From Wolbachia endosymbiont of Cimex lectularius (GTDB lineage Bacteria; Pseudomonadota; Alphaproteobacteria; Rickettsiales; Anaplasmataceae): a stretch of 32,000 nt of DNA. Within the stretch, counting starts at the first letter, position 1; each line of letters begins with the position of its first letter. The notes under the pieces were generated by a model. That model searched no databases. It worked only from the letters and a program-made list of their open reading frames with translations, and was not told the DNA's origin. The position numbers and the translations under genes are program-made. Location: contig NZ_AP013028.1 of assembly GCF_000829315.1 (NCBI RefSeq), positions 750,001 to 782,000 on the forward strand, written 5' to 3'. This document shows positions 18,098-26,198 of the stretch, in pieces.

Positions 18098-18520
18098 CTA
18101 GGCAAAAGAGCGTTCAACAACCCATCTTTTTGGCAATACGACGAAAGTGTGTAACTCACTTCGCTTTATTACTTCAACAGTCGCACCAATGATAGCTTTT
18201 ATTTGTGTTGCAAAATTTTCTCCTGTGTAGCCAGCATCAACCAGTATGTTTTTAACTTCAGAGAGGTTTGCTTTAGCATTTTCGACCATTTTCACAGCAC
18301 TGCTACGGTCAGTTGCTTCTGCCGTTGTTACATAAATTGCATGTGGCAAACCTTGTGTATCAACTGCAATATGGCGCTTTATCCCTGAAATCTTTTTACC
18401 TGCATCATAGCCTTTTTTTTCAGCAGTATCTGCGTTTTTAACGCTTTGAGAATCAATTATACAAAAGCTAGTTTTCTCTTTCCGACCATTGCTGATACGG
18501 ACCTCTCCAACTAATTTTTT
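18098..18520 (-). pseudogene. IS5-family transposase OrfB (DDE part), truncated by a premature stop
   Basis: The +1 frame opens inside the A8 run (18515-18522). At 18099 this copy has T where copies 2 and 3 have C, so sense TGG (Trp) becomes TAG. This removes the last 35 residues (WLEKCRRLWKNCER...). Confidence 0.8.
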
Positions 18521-18788
18521 TTAAGACTAATTCCAACAAGCTTGGCTCTTCTCCATTCTTTTTACTCCACACTCGAAAATAGTAATATACGCTTTCCCAT
18601 CTTGGAAAACCCTTTGGTAACATCCTCCACTGACAACCACTTTTTAAGACGTACAACACCCCACAAAATACGTCATACAAATCAAGTTTTCTTGGTTTTG
18701 TTTTCTGCTTGCTACTCTCCAAAATTGGCCTGATTTTTTCAAACTGCTCTTGACTTATATTACTTGGATAACTTTTCTGCATAGACAC
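18468..18788 (-). CDS. IS5-family transposase OrfA (N-terminal DNA-binding part)
   Basis: 106 aa, MSMQKSYPSNISQEQFEKIRPIL...YVLKSGCQWRMLPKGFP.W..VYYYFR.W, which is typical of the IS5-family N-terminal domain. Confidence 0.9.
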   Translation of the reverse strand: MSMQKSYPSNISQEQFEKIRPILESSKQKTKPRKLDLYDVFCGVLYVLKSGCQWRMLPKGFPRWESVYYYFRVWSKKNGEEPSLLELVLKKISWRGPYQQWSEREN

Positions 18789-18846
18789 CTCATTATTAAT
18801 CTATGCTTACTTTACCTCACATTTCCAAGATTTTAAACAGGTTCTT

Positions 18847-19310
18847 AGAAGGAACCGCATAGATGTAGTAGAAGCTCTGTTAAGAGCAGAGGGAATCAAT
18901 ATTAATGAAGATGATTATTCTGGAAACACTCCTTTGCATTGGGCTGTCTATGGTGGCAATTTAGATATAGTAAAAGCTCTGTTAGATAAGGGAGCAAGTA
19001 TTAATGTAGTAAATGGGATGGCGATACTCCTCTAGATTTAACTACTAACGAAGAAATAAAAGCTCTATTACAAAAAGAATCTATCACATCTACAACAGAA
19101 GAACAAACAAGCACTTTTTTTGACAGTTTTTTTAGTATACTTATAAAGCCTATTTCATTAATGGTATTATTTTCTTGTGGTTTAATATCATGGTTGCTTT
19201 GGTCTCACATAAAAAAAACTGAAGGAAATGCAGAACAATCTTGTGATCCATTAGTTGGACTAAATGATAGTGATTATAACGACCAAAATGATCTACATCT
19301 CTTCCAATAA
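18847..19310 (+). pseudogene. 3' fragment of an ankyrin-repeat gene with a C-terminal TM helix; 5' end cut off by IS copy 1, plus an internal frameshift
   Basis: Frame from 18847: RNRIDVVEALLRAEGININEDDYSGNTPLHWAVYGGNLDIVKALLDKGASINVVNG. It stops unless one G is added to the GGG run at 19015-17. It then reads DGDTPLDL...FFDSFFSILIKPISLMVLFSCGLISWLLW...LFQ* (TAA 19308-19310). Confidence 0.75.
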
Positions 19311-19445
19311 ATTTAGTAACATATAGTGTTAATTCCAATTACACAAAGAGCAGATATGCCACTTTACACCGCTGTTTTACTTGCTTCAGTAAGGGCTTTT
19401 TCTTCAGATCTGTTCTCTGAGCAACGGTAGATAAAGTTGTGTGTT

Positions 19446-19973
19446 CTAGCTCATGAAACACCTTGATAAATCTTTATCCTTCGCTGTAATATCTAATAGA
19501 CGTATTTCTGTGCTTGGTGTCTTTTCAACTATTTCCCAGTCACTGATACAAATATCATCTTCTTGTTCTGATAATCTACAATCATTTTCGTTAACGATTT
19601 CCCACTCACTATTTTGGTAATCATTAATGAACCTTTCAATTTTTTCTGCTTTTACTCCGCTAAACTTATGCAACACTTTTTCACAGAGTTCAATCATCCT
19701 TTCTTTCGTGGAAGAACAAATTCCACTTTCAGTAAACTTCTCTAACGAATAGTCTATTTGAGCCAACCATTTCAAATCTTCTTTTTCAGAAGTTGTAATG
19801 ATTTCTGGCGAGGAAGTTGTAATATCTATATTTTGATGCTGCTCATCCTGCTTTGGCTCTATTGTTATATAACAATCATCACTAAAGAAAAGATCTCTCA
19901 AATCTGTACAAAAAGGGCCATAGAGAAATTCGTTCCATTTCTGATTTATTTTAGTAAAAAGATTGCTAAACAT
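19446..19973 (-). CDS. Acidic hypothetical protein (175 aa) with two (S/D)-W-E-I-V motifs
   Basis: Single clean ORF starting at an ATG. No recognisable family. SEWEIV is encoded at about 19593-19610 and SDWEIV at 19527-19544. Confidence 0.55.
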   Translation of the reverse strand: MFSNLFTKINQKWNEFLYGPFCTDLRDLFFSDDCYITIEPKQDEQHQNIDITTSSPEIITTSEKEDLKWLAQIDYSLEKFTESGICSSTKERMIELCEKVLHKFSGVKAEKIERFINDYQNSEWEIVNENDCRLSEQEDDICISDWEIVEKTPSTEIRLLDITAKDKDLSRCFMS

Positions 19974-20112
19974 TTTATTACTCCTTGGTTAACTTTATTA
20001 AATATTAGCACAATAAATTAAATTTAGTAAATATTTTATTAAGATATCAATTAGTTAGTAGATAATCATTAAGATAATATTTTAAATAATTCATATGCTA
20101 AAATATATTAAT

Positions 20113-20298
20113 CTTGTATAGGTAAAAACCAGAAGTTTTATAAAGACATGCGGTGCACATAGTGCGAAAAATAGTACGCCAAATACAAGTTTTCTTGTCG
20201 TTTTGACCTGTACAGATTGGAAAGTTAAATAAATAGCTTCAATACCGTGGTAAGGGAACTGAAGGAATTTGTTAAGTAGTTTTTTTTGTTCCTATTGG
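20113..20298 (-). repeat. Mosaic intergenic repeat family, copy D (truncated, promoter hexamers degenerate)
   Basis: The reverse complement aligns with the 5' part of copies A-C. It has TTAACA (20270-20275), a 17-nt spacer and TACCAC (20247-20252) in place of TTGACA/TATCAT. It ends after ...tacctatacaag. Confidence 0.7.
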
Positions 20299-20320
20299 AG
20301 ACGGTTGTTGTATGCCTATT

Positions 20321-22237
20321 TCAACAGTAGACAGCGTCATTTCTAATTACCTTAACATTTTCCCTTGGTAGTTCTTTAATGAATCGCGAGGCATACATTG
20401 GCTGCCACTGGTTATTCACTTCCCTTCTGTCTGCGCATGAAATAATCAACTTTTCTTTTGCTCTGGTTATTCCAACATATGCAAGTCTTCTTTCTTCTTC
20501 CAAAGCTTTGCCACTATTGTCCTCAAAAGATCTTTGATGTGGAAATAATCCCTCTTCCCAGCCAGGCAGAAACACACATGGAAATTCAAGTCCCTTAGCT
20601 GCATGAAGAGTCATAACATATACGGTGTTGTCATTATTCATATTATCCACTTCCATCACTAGACTTATGTGCTCTAGGAAAGTTGTAGCACTATCGAAAT
20701 TTTTCAAAGATGAAATGAGTTCTCTAACATTCTCTATGCGTGCTAAACCTGTTACTTCTTCATTTTCAAGCATTTCAATATATCCTGATTGATTTGCTGT
20801 AGTTTTAACAAGCTCGTTTAGCGGCTTTACGCTTACTATTTCTTCCCAAGCTTTGATTTTATTTAAAAAACCATTTAGTGAAAGTTTGATTTTCTCAGTG
20901 ACTTGATTACTATCAACCAATGTTCTTGCCGCTTCAAAAAAAGAAATTCTGTTGTCTTGAGCGACCGCATATATCTTTTTCATGGTGGTCGGCCCTATGC
21001 TTCTTTTTGGCCGATTTACTATCCTCTCGAAAGCTAGGTCATCATTATTGTTTATAACGAGTCTTAAATATGCGATTATGTCTCTAACTTCTTGACGTTC
21101 GTAGAATTTTACGCCACTTACAATCTTATAAGGAATTGAGTATTTTATAAAGTACTCTTCTAGAACTCTAGTTTGGAAAGTAGCTCTCACCAGCACTGCA
21201 ATGTCACTGAATTTGTATTTATTGAGCTTTAATATCTGTTCGCTTATGAACCTAGCTTCGGTTTTCCCATCCCATAGTTTTATTAGATTTACTTTCTCTC
21301 CTTTAATATTTGTTGTCCACAATTTTTTTTCTAAGCGGGTTTTATTGTGATTGATAACATGTGATGCAGTTGCAAGTATATGGGATGTTGATCTGTAATT
21401 GCATTCCAGTTTGACGGTTTTTGCACCTTTAAAGTCGTCGGAAAATTTTAAAATGTTTTCAACTTCTGCACCACGCCAACTATATATCGATTGGTCATCG
21501 TCTCCCACACAGCAAATATTTGAGTGCTCTTTTGCAAGGTATTTTAACCAAAGATATTGTATTGCATTTGTATCTTGATACTCATCTACCATGATATATT
21601 TAAATTTGTTTTGGTAGTAGGACAGAGTTTCAGTATTTTGGTTGAAAAGTTGTATATTGTATAGCAGTAAATCACCAAAATCGACAGAGTTAAGGAATTT
21701 TAACCTTTCTTGATATTGGCGATAGACTTTTAATGCGGTTACATATACTGGCCTAAATAATTGGGTTTCTTCCACTTCAGATGGCAGTAAACACTTTTCT
21801 TTCCATTTCTGGATTATATTCATAATGGTGCTATCTTTCTCTGATGGATTATTGGAACTTATTTCATTAATGATGTTTTTTATTACCTGCAATTGGTCAT
21901 CTACACCAATGATTGTAAAATTAGAGTTTAAGCCTACAATTTCAGCATGACGGCGTAAAATTTTTGCTGCAATTGTATGGAAAGTGCCAAGCCATGGTAT
22001 ATTTGTGCCCGTGAGTTCAAGTACCCTTGATACCATTTCATTTGCTGCTTTGTTTGTGAATGTGACTGCTAATATCTCATCAGAATGAGCGTAGCCATTT
22101 CGAATTATATGCGCTATTCTTGAAGTAATTGTTCTTGTTTTTCCTGTTCCAGCACCGGCCAATATCAAAACTGGCCCATCTACGTTAGTTACAGCCAATT
22201 GTTGTTCCGAATTTAGCAGTGAGAGATAATCATTCAT
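20321..22237 (-). CDS. uvrD: UvrD/Rep/PcrA-family ATP-dependent DNA helicase
   Basis: 638 aa. Motifs AGAGTGKT (I), TFTNKAA (Ia), VDEYQDTN (II), GDDDQSIYSWRGA (III), YRS, TLHAAKGLEF (V) and LAYVGITRAK (VI). Confidence 0.93.
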   Translation of the reverse strand: MNDYLSLLNSEQQLAVTNVDGPVLILAGAGTGKTRTITSRIAHIIRNGYAHSDEILAVTFTNKAANEMVSRVLELTGTNIPWLGTFHTIAAKILRRHAEIVGLNSNFTIIGVDDQLQVIKNIINEISSNNPSEKDSTIMNIIQKWKEKCLLPSEVEETQLFRPVYVTALKVYRQYQERLKFLNSVDFGDLLLYNIQLFNQNTETLSYYQNKFKYIMVDEYQDTNAIQYLWLKYLAKEHSNICCVGDDDQSIYSWRGAEVENILKFSDDFKGAKTVKLECNYRSTSHILATASHVINHNKTRLEKKLWTTNIKGEKVNLIKLWDGKTEARFISEQILKLNKYKFSDIAVLVRATFQTRVLEEYFIKYSIPYKIVSGVKFYERQEVRDIIAYLRLVINNNDDLAFERIVNRPKRSIGPTTMKKIYAVAQDNRISFFEAARTLVDSNQVTEKIKLSLNGFLNKIKAWEEIVSVKPLNELVKTTANQSGYIEMLENEEVTGLARIENVRELISSLKNFDSATTFLEHISLVMEVDNMNNDNTVYVMTLHAAKGLEFPCVFLPGWEEGLFPHQRSFEDNSGKALEEERRLAYVGITRAKEKLIISCADRREVNNQWQPMYASRFIKELPRENVKVIRNDAVYC

Positions 22238-22396
22238 TGTAGCCCTACCAAATATAGTCCCATAAGTTAACCCTATTGTTCACGCTCTGTAAAGTCTTTG
22301 TTTTGAATTTGATCTAGGCAGTGACAATCACTGAAAAAATTGGCCGAGATTTACAATAAGATACGTAAGGAAATATCGTGCATATACTAAAACCGG

Positions 22397-22470
22397 TGGG
22401 ATTGGTAGGACTCGAACCTACGACCAATTCGTTATGAGCGAACTGCTCTAACCAACTGAGCTACAATCCC
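22397..22470 (-). tRNA. tRNA with CAU anticodon (elongator Met or lysidine-dependent Ile2)
   Basis: Manual fold of the reverse complement: GGGATTG/CAATCCC acceptor, GCTC-AGTTGGTTA-GAGC, anticodon stem GTTCG/CGAAT with loop CT-CAT-AA, variable TGGTC, T arm GTAGG-TTCGAGT-CCTAC, discriminator A. CCA is not encoded. Confidence 0.88.
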
Positions 22471-22512
22471 CTTCATTAATATTTATAATACACACAAAAA
22501 CAAATTTGTCTA

Positions 22513-22836
22513 TTAGCTTATTTCGCTATCAACCCAGCTTAACAAGTCACTTATTGCAGCAATTTTGCGTGCAACTTCCTTACCGTCTTGAAATATGATC
22601 AAAGTAGGTATGGATTGAATTCCATATTTACTCGGCGCTTCAGTTCCTTCATCTATATTGAACTTGCAGATCTTAACTTTGCCCTTCTTATCTTTAGCTA
22701 ATTGTTCAATGCGCGGCATTAGACTTTTACATGGTCCACACCACTCTGCCCAAAAGTCCACTAATACAAACCCCTTGTAATCAGTGACCTCAGACTTAAA
22801 ATTTTGATCATTTATTGATGTAATATCGTCACTCAT
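22513..22836 (-). CDS. trxA: Thioredoxin
   Basis: WCGPC active site. About 107 aa from MSDDITSINDQNF.... The 15-codon upstream extension in the ORF track is unlikely to be real. Confidence 0.93.
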   Translation of the reverse strand: MSDDITSINDQNFKSEVTDYKGFVLVDFWAEWCGPCKSLMPRIEQLAKDKKGKVKICKFNIDEGTEAPSKYGIQSIPTLIIFQDGKEVARKIAAISDLLSWVDSEIS

Positions 22837-22945
22837 AAAATACCTAGCTAAATTTGTACAATATAGCGCACTTACCAGCAACTAATCAACTAAATTCTTA
22901 CTGAGTAGCCTGAAAAATTGCCTAAAGCGTTTTGCATAGCTTCCA

Positions 22946-23566
22946 TTACACCTGATGACTAAAGATGTCCACATTTTCCCACCCCATTAAATCTAATTCA
23001 ACACGAGTAGGAAGAAATTCAAAGCACTTTTGGGCTAATTCTTTTCTGTTTTCACGTTCCAGCATAGAATCTAGCTTTTCCTTTATTTTATGGAGATATA
23101 AAACATCAGATGCAGCATAACTTTTTTGTTTATCCGTTAAATCCTCACTTCCCCAATCGGAGGATTGCTGCTGCTTATTTAACTTAGTATCAAGCAATTC
23201 TAGGCATAATTCCTTTAGGCTATGATTGTCTGTATAAGTACGAACCAAACGTGAAGCTATTTTTGTGCAATAGCATGGAAGTGCCCAAGTTTTCAAGTAA
23301 TAGCGTATTATGCTGACATCAAACCGTGCAAAGTGAAATATTTTAGTTATACTTTTATCCCCCAATATTTTTCTTAAGTTTGGAGCTGTATAATCACTTT
23401 TCAATTGAACCAAGTGAGCGTTGCCGTTATTAAAAGAGAGCTGTACAAGACACAATCTGTCTCTAACGTGAAGTAGCCCCATTGCCTCTGTATCAACAGC
23501 TATAGACCTTACGTTATCTGGTATTGAACTAGCCGGCAGGTCATCTTTGTGTACAAATATCCTCAT
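22946..23566 (-). CDS. rnd: Short RNase D-like 3'-5' exonuclease (DEDD family)
   Basis: IAVDTEAMGL (Exo I), a HFARFD-type Exo II region, and YAASDVLYLH (Exo III, DEDDy). 206 aa. Confidence 0.85.
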   Translation of the reverse strand: MRIFVHKDDLPASSIPDNVRSIAVDTEAMGLLHVRDRLCLVQLSFNNGNAHLVQLKSDYTAPNLRKILGDKSITKIFHFARFDVSIIRYYLKTWALPCYCTKIASRLVRTYTDNHSLKELCLELLDTKLNKQQQSSDWGSEDLTDKQKSYAASDVLYLHKIKEKLDSMLERENRKELAQKCFEFLPTRVELDLMGWENVDIFSHQV

Positions 23567-23706
23567 AAGGCTTTGTGAAATATTGAAAGACTAATAATAA
23601 TTGAAAGTGAGTTTTAAGTACACAAATAATAGACAGCTCCTAACATTTTAGTATGCATGGGGTTTACAAATCGTTGTATATACCTATAATTAAGAAGTGA
23701 AAGACT

Positions 23707-23779
23707 GCGGGAGTAGTTCAGTTGGTAGAACGCAACCTTGCCAAGGTTGAGGTCGAGGGTTCGAACCCCTTCTCCCGCT
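23707..23779 (+). tRNA. tRNA-Gly (anticodon GCC)
   Basis: GCGGGAG/CTCCCGC acceptor, GTTC-AGTTGGTA-GAAC, anticodon stem CAACC/GGTTG with loop TT-GCC-AA, T arm GAGGG-TTCGAAC-CCCTT, discriminator T. Followed by a T7 run. Confidence 0.9.
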
Positions 23780-23789
23780 CTTTTTTTCC

Positions 23790-24180
23790 AAAATCATTCA
23801 AAAAATTTACTTGACAACTTTCGCCGTTACCCTTATAATGATACTGAAGCTATTTGTTTAACTTCCCAATCTGTGCACTGCATGTCTTTTTAAAACTTTG
23901 GGTTTTTGCCCATACAAGCTGAAACGCGCTTATAAGTCGTTTAAGACATCACCCAACGCCGGATTTTAAAATAGAGAGTGGAATAACTAGCTACCTCGGG
24001 GTTTTATTGTCTTTTTCCTCTGTCTGGTAAATTTCTTAAATATTATAGCTTAAACTAGTTGCGTTTAAAAGCAGCTAAATTGCAGCGTTTAAGGCATAAA
24101 AACGCCAATACTGAAAATAAATACTAACCAGGGCTTCTTTTGCTTTTTTTCAGCCTTGCTACTCGTTAGCGCTGCATTGG
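23790..24180 (+). repeat. Mosaic intergenic repeat family, copy C
   Basis: Starts just after tRNA-Gly. Shares the promoter block, the ...caagctgaaacgcgcttataagtcgtttaagaca block, two ...cttcttttgc/taaatttcttaa modules, and a gctactcgttagcgctgc tail related to 17034-17053 in copy B. Confidence 0.8.
23811..23839 (+). promoter_or_regulatory. Perfect-consensus sigma70 promoter inside repeat copy C
   Basis: TTGACA (23811-23816), a 17-nt spacer, then TATAAT (23834-23839). Confidence 0.6.
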
Positions 24181-24792
24181 CTATATCACATGGGATTGTG
24201 CAATAGATGCAGCTTAACATAAAAAGTTTGACTTTTTGAAGTTTTGTGTTATGCTCAGGCTCAAATATAGTTCGCTATTAGTAAGGGGTAGTTACCATGA
24301 ATAAAGAAGAAGCTTTAAAAGTATTGGAAATATCAGATGATCCTTCTGCTCCTGACATTGTTTGTAAAGTTAAGCAGCGACTTAAAAATTACATAAGGAT
24401 AGCATAGAGAACCTCTCAGAGAAAATAGAAGCATGCAAATTTCTTACTGATGGTCAAGAAGATCAAGCAGAAGTTTTCTCGGACCTTGTAATATCAGCCA
24501 TTAACGACGATAAACTAGATTTTCTGAAGTTGTTGCTAGAGACAGTAAAAAATGATAACGAATTTAACTATTTGAATACAGAAGGTACTGGTGGCAATAT
24601 ACCATTAAACTTCGCGCTTGGGCATACAAGTTGTAAACATGAGTCAAGAATTAAGGCCATAAGTTTACTTTTAAAGTACGGTGCTAATCCTAATATAAAA
24701 GATCAAGAAGGCAAGTCGTTACTCTGCTGTGTTATTGATAGCCATGGCGATATTGATCGTTATAAAGCTGTAGAATTACTCTTAGAACCTGT

Positions 24793-25321
24793 TTAAAATC
24801 TTCGTAACAGGAGAGAAATGAAGGAGAGGACTATCATCTGTAAGCTAGTGTTGAGCTTCCGCTCGCAATTTTTCCACAATCGCCTGCACTTTTCTAACCA
24901 GGCAAAAGAGCGTTCAACAACCCATCTTTTTGGCAATACGACGAAAGTGTGTAACTCACTTCGCTTTATTACTTCAACAGTCGCACCAATGATAGCTTTT
25001 ATTTGTGTTGCAAAATTTTCTCCTGTGTAGCCAGCATCAACCAGTATGTTTTTAACTTCAGAGAGGTTTGCTTTAGCATTTTCGACCATTTTCACAGCAC
25101 TGCTACGGTCAGTTGCTTCTGCCGTTGTTACATAAATTGCATGTGGCAAACCTTGTGTATCAACTGCAATATGGCGCTTTATCCCTGAAATCTTTTTACC
25201 TGCATCATAGCCTTTTTTTTTCAGCAGTATCTGCGTTTTTAACGCTTTGAGAATCAATTATACAAAAGCTAGTTTTCTCTTTCCGACCATTGCTGATACG
25301 GACCTCTCCAACTAATTTTTT
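24793..25321 (-). pseudogene. IS5-family transposase OrfB, frame broken by an A8 to A9 expansion
   Basis: The sense strand reads GCT GAA AAA AAA AGG CTA TGA here, against GCT GAA AAA AAA GGC TAT GAT in copies 1 and 3. The DDE region is therefore in a third frame relative to OrfA. Confidence 0.8.
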
Positions 25322-25589
25322 TTAAGACTAATTCCAACAAGCTTGGCTCTTCTCCATTCTTTTTACTCCACACTCGAAAATAGTAATATACGCTTTCCCA
25401 TCTTGGAAAACCCTTTGGTAACATCCTCCACTGACAACCACTTTTTAAGACGTACAACACCCCACAAAATACGTCATACAAATCAAGTTTTCTTGGTTTT
25501 GTTTTCTGCTTGCTACTCTCCAAAATTGGCCTGATTTTTTCAAACTGCTCTTGACTTATATTACTTGGATAACTTTTCTGCATAGACAC
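25269..25589 (-). CDS. IS5-family transposase OrfA
   Basis: Translation identical to OrfA of copy 1. Confidence 0.9.
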   Translation of the reverse strand: MSMQKSYPSNISQEQFEKIRPILESSKQKTKPRKLDLYDVFCGVLYVLKSGCQWRMLPKGFPRWESVYYYFRVWSKKNGEEPSLLELVLKKISWRGPYQQWSEREN

Positions 25590-26198
25590 CTCATTATTAA
25601 TCTATGCTTACTTTACCTCACATTTCCAAGATTTTAAACAGGTTCTTAGATAAGGGTGTTAATCCTAATGTGCAGGATAATCAAGGTAGAACACCGTTGC
25701 ACTACTTATGTAGCAAATATTATGAAGCTGGTAGTGTTAAAATCGCAAAATTGCTCTTAAGAAGAGGTGCTGATCCAGATTCGAAGGATCAAAGTGGCAA
25801 AAAACCAATAGACCTTGTTAACCCTGACAGTAGCGTTGGAAGGCTATTTGGTGCTGTTAATTATAAGAAAGCATTCCGGTTTGGATGTGCTACGTTATTA
25901 ACTACAGCAGGTAGTATTGCCTTGATTTCTGGGGTTGCAGACGCGTACATAGGTAAAGTTTGGTGTTCTACTCTTGCAGTAGGTATGGCTGCTATTGCAT
26001 TATATTGTGCGTACCAAACAATAAAAATGATGTTTTTTTCAGGGCCCTCAACTGAATTCACTGAAGCTAGGGCAGAGTTTCTTAATAGTCAGAAATCACC
26101 AAATCCGGCAGGTGGAGCTTAATAATTAGAGACTAAAGGAGTTCTTTTTTAAAAAACTTAAGGTATAATATAGGTATTTGATATCTTTTATAGTGATT

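Larger units (their letters stand above)
17985..18844 (-). mobile_element. IS5-family insertion sequence, copy 1 (860 bp)
   Basis: 18-bp perfect terminal inverted repeats GAACCTGTTTAAAATCTT. Two-frame transposase. Flanks are TAA (17982-17984) and TTA (18845-18847), which do not match. Resembles the IS5-type element widespread in Wolbachia, but the name is not verifiable here. Confidence 0.92.
24785..25645 (-). mobile_element. IS5-family insertion sequence, copy 2 (861 bp)
   Basis: Same IRs as copy 1. Matching TTA target-site duplications at 24782-24784 and 25646-25648. One extra T in the 25213-25221 run. Confidence 0.93.
24297..26122 (+). pseudogene. Ankyrin-repeat / C-terminal double-TM gene, inactivated by a frameshift (A5 run 24384-24388) and by IS copy 2
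   Basis: The ATG at 24297 reads 31 codons to a TAG, and the frame continues at -1. Removing 24785-25648 (the IS plus one TTA) rejoins ...KAVELLL|DKGVNPNVQDNQGRTPLHY... in frame. The C-terminus has two hydrophobic helices (25880-26038). Confidence 0.8.

Noticed and set aside
18203-18733. Plus-strand 61-, 63- and 70-aa ORFs repeated inside every IS copy
   Set aside because: They are antisense to the transposase frames. They repeat only because the IS repeats, and they have no SD or recognisable motif.
19150-19338. 62-aa minus-strand ORF
   Set aside because: It overlaps the plus-strand ANK/TM pseudogene tail, has no motif or SD, and is likely spurious.
8355-24180. The repeated intergenic blocks read as a CRISPR array or tandem satellite
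   Set aside because: The copies are kilobases apart and separated by genes, their unit lengths vary, and there is no regular repeat-spacer periodicity. No cas genes are present.
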